Assembly: GCA_054600435.1 (NCBI GenBank) | Contig: BAAIJX010000009.1 | Location: forward strand, 124,001 to 188,000 | DNA length: 64,000 nucleotides | Reading direction: 5' to 3' | From: Neophaeotheca triangularis | Taxonomy: Eukaryota | In this document: positions 21,082 to 32,406 of the stretch, piece by piece | How positions within the stretch are numbered: the stretch's first letter is position 1 | How the letters are laid out: each line of letters opens with the position of its first letter | Notes under the pieces: model-generated | What the model was told of the DNA's origin: nothing | What the model saw: the letters and a program-made list of their open reading frames with translations, nothing else | Database searches by the model: none | Program-made: the position numbers and the translations under genes

Positions 21082-23179
21082 TCAAGCGGCTTTGTGAGGG
21101 CGTTTGAGCTGGACAAGGAGCTCGTCCAGTTCGGCCCAGTTCTCGGGTGACATGGCAAATTTGCGATGCTTGCGAGAGGTGCAGTGCTAGAATGTACGTT
21201 AGCATTTGCTCCCTGTGACCCGTGAAAGCAAAGTAGGATCTGATGCTTACCTCTTCGAAATCGTCATACTTGTCACGGCAATTCTCGCAATAGCCAGGCT
21301 TCGGCTCTTTCTCAATCTCCATCTTACGCTTCTTTGATAACGGCTTCCTCGTCTTGGACCGTTGCCTGTCGTGCTGTTTCTCTCCAGCCTCGTCAATGGC
21401 GCCAAGCGTTTCCTGGGCTTTGCGCTTCGCAGCTCGCTGTGGGGGACCCGGCTCGTTGTTGATGGCTGCTCTCATATCGTTCATGTACGAAGAGGGCATG
21501 CTCAATTGGGACTGCGTACTGTGGCCACGCTCGAGCACTTTGCGTTTGAGTACAGAAACCTCCTTGCTGTCACCTGCACGACGAGCGAGCGCCGGAGCCG
21601 TCGAGGAGATGTTCGACGACACAGCCTGTGATCGGATTGCGGAGGTTGCATTTGACCTTTGAATGCCGGAAGCGACAGGCTCACCGCCAATCATACGAGG
21701 TACGCCGCGGAGACTTGCTTGGGCGCTACCGAACAGTGGTGGTCCGGCTTCGACGGAATCTTGACGCTTGACTGGTAGCATTTTGGGCGGATCGAGAGGT
21801 TTGGCAACTTCCTGCTGTGATAGCTTTCTTGGCGATCTTCTCAAAGCGGTTTGACTCTCGGCCGACGGTCTTGGTGGGACGTCCAGCGTAGAAGAAGCAC
21901 GTGTCTTTCGCTGTTGCTGCGCAGCTTTGGCTTCGGCAGCGGCAGCGTTGGCTTCCTTTTGAGCAAGCTTCTTGGTATGGACAGGGTCTTCTATAAATGG
22001 GCATCTGCCCTCCGCTGTCAGTCGGAGTTGAGGCCATTTGCCGTTATCCTTCGCGGATGGCTTGTTGTAGTCTCTGACGAGCGTGGGCTTTGTCGCTTCG
22101 TCCATATCGCGAACGTAGATGTAGCAACCCCTGAGGGACGTCATCTCCTGGGGGGCCGGGGCAGCAGCGCCAGTGAACTTCTCCTTGCGCAAAGCTTGCT
22201 CCAGGTCATCGTCTCTGTTGGTTTTTGTGACGGGACGACTATTGTTATGAGCGGACTTGGCGTCGGCATGCTGTAGAGGCTCGCCTGTGTCGGTATCAAG
22301 CATAGTCTTGAGAATGCGCTGCAGCTTCTCAAGAGCCCAGATCTTGATGTTGAGGGTCCGCGCGGTGTATAGTACGTCAATGGGTTGACCATTGGAGCGG
22401 CGACCGTTGGCATCGGCACCGGCAACCTGGCCACGTCGTTGGAGGTTGGCGTCTAGCAAGCTCGTGGTCTTGCGCTGGTCAGTGGTGCCGTGATTGCTCC
22501 TCGCGGTTGACTCTTGCTTGTTGGATTGATCATCATCTGGACTAGTGTTTGTTGCAAGCTCGGGGGGGATTGCACGACTGGTGACAACATGCGTCACGGC
22601 CTTTGAGAAGAACCTTTCCTCTCGCTGCGAGCATGTCAGCATACTTCTTCATAGTATACAGGGCCATTGGCATGCACATACTGCTCCTAGGAATTTGATA
22701 TCCCGCATAGCCTTGTAGCGGACATCATCGGCCACACCTTCAAAGAAGAAGACGAAGGAAGGGAACTGCTTCCGGTAGTGTCGTTGCCATTGTCGTATAG
22801 AGTCGAGGTTCGCGTCGCCAGCCTTGTGAGTGGAAGTTTGCGACTTCTGACTCTGGGCAGGTTTTGGATCACGGACAGCAGCTAGCTTTCTCGCAAATTG
22901 AGTTGGCGTAGCACTGGGGGGACGTTTCCCAAAGGGCTCGTCCAGTTTGTCTTGAGCTCCGACGGTGACATGTGCCTTGCGCCTTGGATCAATGTTCTCA
23001 GTGTCACCTCCAGCATCGAGCATTTGTTTTTTCAGCGGTGGCTGCCCGTATAGGACATCCAAGACACCTGCCTCCCCAGCTTGAGCCCGTGCACGCTTTC
23101 CATGGGATGCCGTAGGATTGCGGAAGGGAGAGTTCACTGCGTGTGGCACACTGGCCAGCGGTGCCCTTTTGCTCGCCAT
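21082..23179 (-). CDS. DBF4: Dbf4/Dfp1/NimO regulatory subunit of Cdc7 kinase; exons 23179-22682, 22624-21251, 21186-21082
   Basis: Motif N (IRQWQRHYRKQFPSFVFFF...REERFFSKAVTHVVTSR; KIWALEKLQRIL), motif M (YIYVRDMDE...GRCPF) and motif C zinc finger (KPGYCENCRDKYDDFEEHCTSRKHRKFA) assemble across two canonical introns. Confidence 0.92.
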
Positions 23180-24216
23180 GGCGTTCTCGTCGTGAGAGCT
23201 CTGGTGTATCGTGTCGAATGTTTGGCTGAAGTCTCGTGGTGGGGCAGCACGCGACTGAGCTCTCTACGCGCTTCCAAGCTCAGCGGCAGGAAGCCATGGT
23301 CAGGCGTGGAAGAACAGGCGGGTAGCAAGAGGGTGCGAGAGGGATAACTAGACGGAGCGGTGGCCAGCTCCTGACAGGATACTCGGCGGTGGTGGTGGTA
23401 AAGGAAAGGAAGTGAGTGACGAGGTGGTTGTGGTGGTGGTGGTGGTGGAGGACTGACAGCGGGTGCAGTAGTAGTAGCGAGAGTTGGCTGGTGTTTGTTG
23501 TATGCTTTGACTGATCTAAGCTCGCTAGCGCGCAGACGTGCATGGAGACGACGGATTGAATTGACAGCCAGCCCAGCCAGCCCGAGTTGCCCGACTCTGC
23601 CGCCAGCCTCTTCCTTGCGACTACCCAACCTAACCTAACTTAACCTCTCTGACAATTCACCTTACCCAGCTTGTTCAATGTTGGATAAAAAAGCAGTGGC
23701 GAGTAAACAATTCAGGTTGCGACTCCTTCAATATTGCAGGTAAGAATCCTTGGTAATCACACCCGAGTGCATCTTCAGGTATCGTCAAGACGGGATGCAA
23801 TGAATGGTTGGTGAAAAGCCCCCCGCCCTGGCAACGCTCTGGAATTGACTTGGGACCACGGACCATTATCGTCTCGACCTACTGTACCACCTGCTGCATA
23901 CCTGTATTCCACAATACCATGGCATTACTCTCCAACTACTCATTCATCGCTGTAACCTAAGGATATCATCTCATCGTCCAAGGTGGCTTGCAAAATTGCC
24001 TCTCCCGTTCCCTCAATGGCGACAGACGACGACGTCCGCATCGCATCGCCTCATCCCTCCTCTTCCAGACGATCGGCCTTGAGAAGACGTCGGCGGAAAG
24101 CAAAGTCGAAAATGCCTAGCTCAGTCTCCAGGGAAAGGCATCCTTTCCGGAAGATGAGCCGCCTGGTGCGCCTGGTCACTTGGACTTTCTAGACGAAAGC
24201 ACGTGTCAAGCTACAC

Positions 24217-25375
24217 ATGGCACCGCCACCGGGTGTAAGTAGGCTCGGTGTAGTTGGGAGATCTCATCGTAAAACTCAACCCCAATCACTTAACAGACAA
24301 GGCGCATAGCCATCACTCGCGAACCCCACCACCCCATCCCCCACAGTCCTCCATGCACTTCTTCACTGCGCAAAAGGTTCGCTGACAGTGTGGCTAGCGG
24401 TCGACGGCTCATTTCGAGCATCGTCAGCTCCGCAGGAAGTCTCTTTTGATCGGCATCAATTATGTCGGCACCGAAGACGAGCTTGAAGGCTGTCATCAAG
24501 ACGTCGAAAACATTCGCGAGTTCTTGGGTGAAATTGGGTATCCAGACGATGAACGTTCGCAAGTGATTATGCGAGACGACCCAAAGACAGACCCAGACGG
24601 CCCGACCTTCCCGAATGGCCACAACATGCTCGCCGCAATGCAGTGGCTTGTATCAGAGCCCGGGACTTGCAACTTCCTGCATTACTCTGGCCACGGCGGG
24701 CAAATTCCAGACGAGGACGGCGACAGGGCGAGCGGTCTCGACGACACCATTATTCCTTACGACTTCAGAGCCCGCGGACAGCTGAAAAGCAGCCTACTGC
24801 ACCAAACGCTCATCACATGTCTACCACCCAGCAGCACGCTTCTAGTCGTCTTCGACTGCTGCCACTCTGGCTCAGCGCTAGAACTCCCCTACGTCTATTT
24901 GAGCGACGAGAACGGCAACGTCTCCGTCATGGACAATTACGACGCTAGCATGCGCCTTCTAGGTGACGCCACACGCTTCATCAAAGGCGGCTTCGGCATG
25001 ACGCACCACAACGAAGCAAAAGCCCTCCTCGCCGGCGCCCAAGCCTTCTTCACAGGCCTCATGCATCAAGACAACGCCGACCAATACGGCTTAGGCCAAG
25101 AAAACTTCGGCGAGAACTGGGCCAGCGAACGCAAAAACGTTTGGATGTATTCCGGCTGCCGCGACGATCAGACTTCGGCCGATGCGGATATCGACGGCAG
25201 TCATGTCGGCGCCATGTCTTATGCTTTTCTGACCAGCATGCGGCATTTCGGGCCTCAGCAGAGTTTTATGGAGATTTTGCAGAATACCAGGCAGATTCTC
25301 AAGGGCAAGTACGAGCAGGTGCCGCAACTGAGTGTGGGAAGGGATGCGGACCTTCATCGTGCGTTGATTTTGTAG
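24217..25375 (+). CDS. Metacaspase (peptidase C14); exons 24217-24234 and 24398-25375
   Basis: RRKSLLIGINY, catalytic His in FLHYSGHGGQ, catalytic Cys in FDCCHSGS, SGCRDDQTSAD, QVPQLS. The 6-codon first exon (ATG GCA CCG CCA CCG GGT|GTAAGT ... GCTGAC ... TAG) is my inference. Confidence 0.88.
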
Positions 25376-25969
25376 AGTCATGGGCATTGGCATGGCCTCT
25401 GTGTACCGTACCTAGGGCAAGAATGCGGGATACCTCAGATTCATTTGCAGTGAAAGCGTAAGTAGATCTTCCTTGTTTGTCTTTCGTTCTTTATCGGGGT
25501 CCGTGACTTTCCGATTGCACATTTCTCATCGTTATTCATGGGCTAAGCATTGGTATTGAATCTCTGCTCTTCTCTTGTTTCCAATATCTACCTTGATCTC
25601 GGCGACTTTGTCTATTTTTTCAGAGTATGCTAGGGTACCAAGATTAGTTGCAAATGAGCGAGCGATGGACCACGACCTCCCTTTTTCATTTCTAGTCATG
25701 TGGGTTAACTGAGAGGTTCCCTCGAAGTTTTTCTCGGTTCACTACTCGCTCCATGTGACTGCCTCACTCCTGAGCTTTTTCTTCACAAACGAAGTGGACT
25801 CTCAAGTGAAGTCGAAGTTACTCAGGCAAAGTGCCGCGTCATTCCAAAGGGATCTTGTCGTCGACACAACCTCTCTGCGCAACACTCAGGGCGTCTTTCT
25901 TACTTGCAACAAAATTCGCTACCCAATTATCAACTACTCCAGAATACTTGGTTCGCTCAACCAAGAGCC

Positions 25970-27127
25970 ATGGCGCATAGGCTACCAGGGCCTGCAAGCT
26001 CCCACACCAGGGACATCGATCTCAATTCGAACCAAGCAGTCACACCAAACATCCAACTCAAGCCGGCCAGTTAGTATACTAGGCTGCCGCGGCTTAGGTA
26101 CCTCTAAACGGCCCACTGACCTTCTCTCGCCTCGCCAGACAGCCCCGACACCAAGATCGTCATCTTCAACTGCACGCACCCGCGCGCAACATGTCTACGC
26201 TTCAAGCAGTGGCTGCTCCTCAGCTGGGCAGGGCAAAGGATGCACGACCCAGACATCCTCCGCATCGAGTACCAAGACCTCGCGTCGGTCAAAGTCGTCG
26301 ACAAAGCCACTCTAGTCTTGCTCGAAGACTCGGCAACCCTAGACGGCAAAGCCAACCGCCCCATCACCATCTTCGCCCTCTTCCTCCCACACGTCGAGAG
26401 AATCCGCTGGTTCTACTCCCTCCTATCCCCCAGCCCCATCATCACGGACCTGCACGGCAAAAACGCCATCTCCATCGCCCGCCAACTCCTCCCCAACACC
26501 AACCCCCACCACGAACCCCTCTACACCTTCCTGACCGAACACTTCACCCGCGCAATCGCCATCCCCGACTCCCCAGACTGGCTCACCGCAAACCAAGTAA
26601 CCGACTACGCCCCCTCGATCCGCTCCCCGGAAACCGCCCTCTCCCGCATCACCAGCCTAGAAACCCTCTACACCAACCCAAGCACCCACCTCGATCTCTC
26701 CACCGACCGCTACCTCTCCCACTTGCACCCTGCGGAAATCGAACTCGCCTCCACAGTCCAGCTCAAAAGCGCCCAATACCTCTTCACCAAGCGCTTCTTC
26801 TTCCAGGATTTTGGACAGTTGTGTATCCGCAACCGCGAAGCTCTGCAAGCGCAAGTCGACGGCGTGGCCGGGGCGAGAGTTTTGCGGTCCGAGTTTTTGC
26901 ACGCGCAGTGGTTGGAGCGCGCTTTTGGCTGGAAAGTGACGAGGGCTAGGAGGTTGGTGGCTGGGTGGAAGGTGCTGGGCTTTTTGGATGAGAGGAGGTT
27001 TTTGGCTTGGGCGAGGGAGGGGGCGATGGTGGAGGGGGCTGGGTTGGTGGCGGAGGGGGAGGGGGACGAGGACGGGGAGGGATATGAGGAGATGACGGGG
27101 GTAGCGCAGGCTAGAGAGGAAGTTTAG
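25970..27127 (+). CDS. Hypothetical protein (~362 aa); exons 25970-26069 and 26139-27127
   Basis: Intron 26070-26138 (GTTAGT..ACTGAC..CAG) extends the 295-aa ORF in frame to an upstream ATG. Globular-looking composition but no family recognised. Confidence 0.6.
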
Positions 27128-27886
27128 GAGGTTGCGAGGGTTGCGAGGTCGGGTTCTGAGGCGGATGGCGAGTTTGTGTCTTAGTAATGGCTACAGAACG
27201 GCTACCGTGTATCTCACTGAGCCGTGTTATTATAGCCTCCCGGTCATTATCATGTCTCCTTTTGACCTCTTAAAAATGATTCCAAATAACCGTCACAACT
27301 CCATAGACTCCCCTGCGGCTGTGAGTGGTTGTTGAAAAAAGAGAATGTCTGATTTGCTACGAACAACTCTACTGGACCTAGTTACTTCGAGCATTCGGAC
27401 TTATCTTCACCACCGTGCGGGGTAGCACCACAAGGAGCAGTAGCACACTATTACCATGTCTTCTCCGACGGCGAAACTCAGATAATCAGCTGGGTGAGCA
27501 GGACGAGAAGAGCACGAAGAGGTGAAGTTGCTTGAAGTTTGTGGAGCTCTCACTTGAAGCTCGACAGCTCGCCATCGAAAGTTCGCGACTTGACGGAAGA
27601 TTGGCGTCACAGCTCCGACTGACAGCAGCAGTTTGACCAAGACCCAACCCATTCCAACGCATTACAACACCAACACCCAAACAGACCAAACCAAACCAAC
27701 TCAACTCAACCAACAAACAAACACTTGCAAACCCCCACCAAAACCAAACCCACTCCCAAGCTCCAACCGAACCAAACCCGGAGCATCAAACGCCACAAAC
27801 GCCACAAACCCCCCAACCCCAACCCTCAAGAAGCTGCCCGGAGACTCCCCCCGCCCAGAAACAAAGAGCAAAGAACGAGAAAAAAA

Positions 27887-28222
27887 ATGTCCTCCTCATC
27901 CCAATCCTTCACCTCCTACTCCTACACCTCGACCTCGTCATCCTCGACCTCTTCCAGCTCCTCGACCTCCGACGGCCAAACCACAGGCCACCGCGCCGTG
28001 CAGCAGAGCTACACCGACCCCTCGGGCGAAACCAAGACTTACTCGGCGAGCCAGAATTTGGGCGAGCCCGTGGTGGAAGAGCGGAAGCAGTTTGATCGTG
28101 AGGGGAATCAGTTTTTGGTGTCTTCGGCTGGGGAGGAGGGGGATGGTGGGGTGAGTGGGAGGATTGCGGGGGCTGGGGAGGGGCCGAGAGTCGAGGAGAT
28201 TGACGGGGAGGAGGCGAAGTAG
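27887..28222 (+). CDS. Small Ser/Thr-rich hypothetical protein (111 aa)
   Basis: aaaaaATGtcc start. MSSSSQSFTSYSYTS...TTGHRAVQQSYTDPSG...QNLGEPVVEERKQFDREG...RVEEID looks like a real small fungal protein. Confidence 0.65.
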   Translation: MSSSSQSFTSYSYTSTSSSSTSSSSSTSDGQTTGHRAVQQSYTDPSGETKTYSASQNLGEPVVEERKQFDREGNQFLVSSAGEEGDGGVSGRIAGAGEGPRVEEIDGEEAK

Positions 28223-28480
28223 GGAGGGGGTGAAGTTGAGGGGGCCGGGGAGGTGGTGGGGGTGGGCTGGGATGTGATGGATCGGAGTGGGGTGGGAGCG
28301 ATGTGGACGCGATTGGCTTGAATGGTTGAGGCTTCTACGATGAAGCTGCGCATGAATTGAACGAAAGCTACGAATAGGTTGCGGTGGGAATAGGATGAAT
28401 AGTAAGTAGTACTTTAGCTACGATATCGCTTCGAACTCGCAAAGACACAGTCGTGTCGACCACTTCAAACCTCCCCGGTC

Positions 28481-29586
28481 TCAACTCGCCACTTCCCCCT
28501 TTCCCCCAAACTCCAAAAGCCAATCCTCATCCCTAAACCTCGCATACGGCGACCTCGCCAAACTACTCCCAGCAACTTCAACATCCTTCCTGATATCCTC
28601 AATCAAGCTTTCCTTACTAACGTAATCATACTCCGGCCGAATAAAGCCCAAAATCACCAAATTCATATGACAACCGTAAAAATCCCGCTCAAAAGCATGC
28701 ATGATGTGCACTTCGACGCTCCGGACTGTGTTCTTGTAGAAAGGATTCCAGCCGATCGACATTACCATGGGGAAGACGGCGCCTTTGTCGCGGGTGAGGG
28801 TTGATTTGCTCTCGGCTGCGTGGGAAGAAGTGTCGCTGCCGGCCACGAGGTTGCCGACGCCCGCGAGGGTCTTGGCTGCGGCGTGGGTGGTTTTGGACGC
28901 TAAGGTCTCGTTTGAGGGGTCTTGGTCGGTGGCTGATGAAGGGGAGAGGCCGGCCCAGCCGTAGTAGACGCCTGACTCGATGTCCGTGTGGTCGCCTACG
29001 GAGAGGCCTTCGAGGGGGATGTTGGCGGTAGGGATACCGAGCTGCGTTCGGTGCTTGTGTTAGCTGAGTTCACTCTGCTTCAGACTGTGTTCGGTGGCCA
29101 TGACAATAGCAAGGCTGTACGGGGCTTGAGTGTCCAGGGCTGAAGAACGAAGCAAGCAGCGCCGTTCGACTGAGCCTCGTCGCTTTGGTAAGATGGACAA
29201 CACTCCACCACACCATGCTGCTCCAAGGGGATAGCAAGACAAAGGCTAGTCGCCACAAAAGCATCCGCATGCCAACCCGACCCTCCCAGCTCGCAGCCAA
29301 AACTTTCTCCACGGCATGTGTCCCCATCCCAACCCAGCTCTTCTCAAACCCAGTCCTAGCCCTTCACACAGCACACTCGCAATACGCCCTCCCCTCCCCC
29401 AACCCAATCACCAAAAACTCACAAGAGAAACACCGCACAGCGCAGACCACAATGGGTGAAAGAACCTACCTCCTTACTCCCCCTCCCAAAACCCTTAATG
29501 ACCTTCCCATCCAACCTGAGCGGAAAAGGTGGCTCAGGCCCGCTGTCGGGTCCGGCTACGGGGTCACGAGGGCCGTCCGGTCGCAT
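28481..29586 (-). CDS. FMN1: Riboflavin kinase; exons 29586-29470 and 29041-28481, split by a 428-nt intron
   Basis: Spliced product [23 protein letters not shown]...SGVYYGWA...[13 protein letters not shown]...EVHIMH.F..DFYG...GFIRPEYDY. Donor GTAGGT at 29469, branch GCTAAC, acceptor CAG at 29042. Confidence 0.95.
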
Positions 29587-30185
29587 TATAAACCGACTTG
29601 TCGTCCGAGCTGGGTTGGAGGTGTTTGTGGAGAGACATTCTTGGGGGAAATGTTGGAGTCGTAAGATTTTAGGTAGCGTCACAGACGGATTGTACGCTCG
29701 CCGATAACGGGTGCGATAAGGAACGGGAGCGTGGCAATGTGGGATGGTGGGGTCCTTTGGGTGGAACACGTGACTGGATTGGTGTTTGCGATGATCAATA
29801 GGTACCTAGACTCGCTAGGTAGGTGGGTTATGGGTTACAAGGAGCCTTCTCTTGGGAATCGGAGACAACAGTCGCGAAATGTTTTCGAGGCTTGTACGCT
29901 ATTTTACGTATGAAGAAGTATTAGACCCATCGAAGAACAACACCCATCAACGCCATGAGCCCGTTTACGGCTGCCCTGAGGCGCGTCCCATTCCGCCGCC
30001 TCTACCAACGCCCACAAACGCCTCCAAGGAACAATGACTCGAGCAATACACCCTTTCAAACCAGACCGTGCCGGACGGAGGCTGTCGACAAGCACTTTTA
30101 ATAGTCCTCTCGTGTGTATCATAAACAAATTCTCAAGTAACGCCGTAGTCGAGAGCGGATCGGCAGAACGGTCAAGTGTAAAGCG

Positions 30186-32406
30186 CTAATTGTCCGTCGC
30201 GTACATCATCGGCAGGAACTGGGAGTCTTCGGTCAGCAAAAAGCTCCATGGCTTCGAAATAAAATTTTGACAACACTCACATTCATCGTGATAAGCATAG
30301 GGATATCAAAAGTATCCCTTTTGACGGTCCAGCACAAGCGACAATCGACCTTGCCATCGCGATCGCCGAGCGTATTGACCCCGTCCTGGCCTCTGAATTC
30401 GCTCTTGACATCGTTTGAACTGCAGCTACGCTTGCTCTCGTCTTCGGTGGCGCCCCAGCCCGGGTCTTCTTTGGTCTTGTACTTGAGCAGCGAGCACTTT
30501 TCCCCAATGACGGAGGACCGGGATGCGCCGAAGGCGAGCTCGGCGAAATCTTCGTAGAATTGCACCACGCTGTCTTCGTCCATGAGTTCGGCGAGGAAGA
30601 CGGGTTGGGGTCGGCCCGGGTCGGTTTCGATATTAGGTATCCGGGGGGTAGTGGCGCCGCGGGAACTGCTGCCGGTCTGTGTGCCCGAAGCGTTGGAGCC
30701 CGTGTTGACGTTGAGATTTGGTTCCTTGCCGAGAAGGACGTCGCGTCGCCAGCCCGTCACAAGCGTGAACTCTTTGCTGACGGCTGCGATTTCACCGGTT
30801 CGTCTGCAGATGATGGTAGGGGTCCCAAAGCACTCGACGAAGCCTTCGTACTCAAGGAGAGTCCGCTGGAAACTCTTCTCCATGAAAATCAGGTCATCGG
30901 TGTTGAGGTTCTTGTTACATGAAATGAAAGAGGGTCTGATGGATGCGAGAGCTTTTGCTATCTTGAGCGTCTTTTTCGAGTTGTATCGCTTTTGCAGGAA
31001 TGCTGTGAGGGCGTGAAAGCCTTGTGTGTAGGGGTAGGGGGCTTTGACGTTGGTGTAGATGGCGGATGTGTCGTGACGCCGCTTCCGGGATGAAGCTTGA
31101 TCGAAGGTGCTGTTGGGGTATTGGTGGTGTTTTCGTTGCGGTGCTTGGGTGAAGGTTTGCCGTAGCAAGTCCGGTTGCTGGTTTTGGTCGGGCTGTGCGA
31201 ACTGAGTCTCAGGAGACATAGTGTTCGATTGGTAGCCAGTATTGAAGTCCTGAGTCTGAGAATGAGGACTAGCTCCAGTCATGGATAGAGGTGCCTCACC
31301 GATAGTGTAAGCATCCATCCCTGCATTCTGGCCAGTCCAAACGCTGTTGGAACTATTCTGTCTCCTCATGGGCATGTAGTTTGGCAGCGGCTGTTGGTTG
31401 TATCCATAGTTGGTCGAGAAGCCGGTATTACCATCGTACGAGAGACTCCCTTGATGAGACTGACCTCCCATGGAATTGATGGCGTCCAGATCGGGAGTTC
31501 CTACGGCACCAGAAGACATATGACCGAGCATACCGAACTCCAGCGCGCCGTAGTGGTTACCGAAGTTCAGACCAGAGACGTCGAAGTTGAATAATGACGG
31601 ATCATTCGGATCGAAAAAGTTCGCATCAAATGACGGGTTGGCAGAGTTGAGACTGGGCTGGTCCAAATTAGGCATACCTTGAGCTGGCGATACCTGCTGG
31701 CTGGAAGATGACTGGTATGGAGGAGTTCCTACGCCTTGGGTAGATCCAAAGTCGCCCATCATGCTGGGAGTATCGAGCATAGAAGGCGGAATCTGCGCCG
31801 GTTGGGGGACAGATTGGTAGGGCTGGTACTGGCCTTGAGGGACTTGTGGGAAGTAATTGCCACCTTGAGAACCAGACATAGCGTTAGGATCGCTTGCTTC
31901 TGCAGCGCCACCGCCTCCATTCCCAGCGGATTGCATACCATGAGAGCCGTTCATGTGGTACTGTCCGTTGAAGCCAGGCACGAGCGCTTCCGCAGGCGCA
32001 TCGTGGAGGTATTTTGCCTTTTTACGAACGCCATCGTGACATTGGTCTTGGAGGCCACGCTTGATGCAACGGAGACAAGGCCGCTCGTCACCTAGATCTT
32101 GTTAGCAGTCGTTCTTCTAACGTTCTTTCAGGATCAGTGCATACCACACGTAAGATGGGCTCGTTGACATGCAAAGCACGCGCGCCTCGCCTTCTTGCGT
32201 CTAGGGCGTGAAGGGTCTTTGGAGTTGCTCTTTGCAGGCTGACCATTGCCTTTGGCGGTGGCGCTGCCCTTATTGCTACCGTTGGAAGGGGACTTCTCAT
32301 CGTTCGAGGCGTGTTCTACCTTGTCTTCGGCCATGGTTCCAGATTCTTCAAATTCGGTGCCAGGTTCAGGAGATGGAGACGCATCCTCGGCGTCAGTGGG
32401 ATCCAT
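30186..32406 (-). CDS. ERT1: Zn(II)2Cys6-PAS transcription activator of gluconeogenesis (Ert1/AcuK); exons 32406-32145, 32091-30281, 30218-30186
   Basis: [47 protein letters not shown]-terminal PAS-like region [24 protein letters not shown] and [21 protein letters not shown]. Confidence 0.92.

Noticed and set aside
24231..24300. GT-GTAAGT at the metacaspase donor as a possible [D2,3] stwintron
   Set aside because: No internal acceptor regenerates a valid outer donor; a single 163-nt intron gives the correct frame.
29070..29100. Sense-strand ACCGAACACAGTCTGAAG in the FMN1 intron resembles the 3' end of the bacterial FMN riboswitch
   Set aside because: The 5' half of the RFN consensus (AGGGCRGGGYGAAAUUCCC..CGG.GGU) is absent; the match is short and probably chance.
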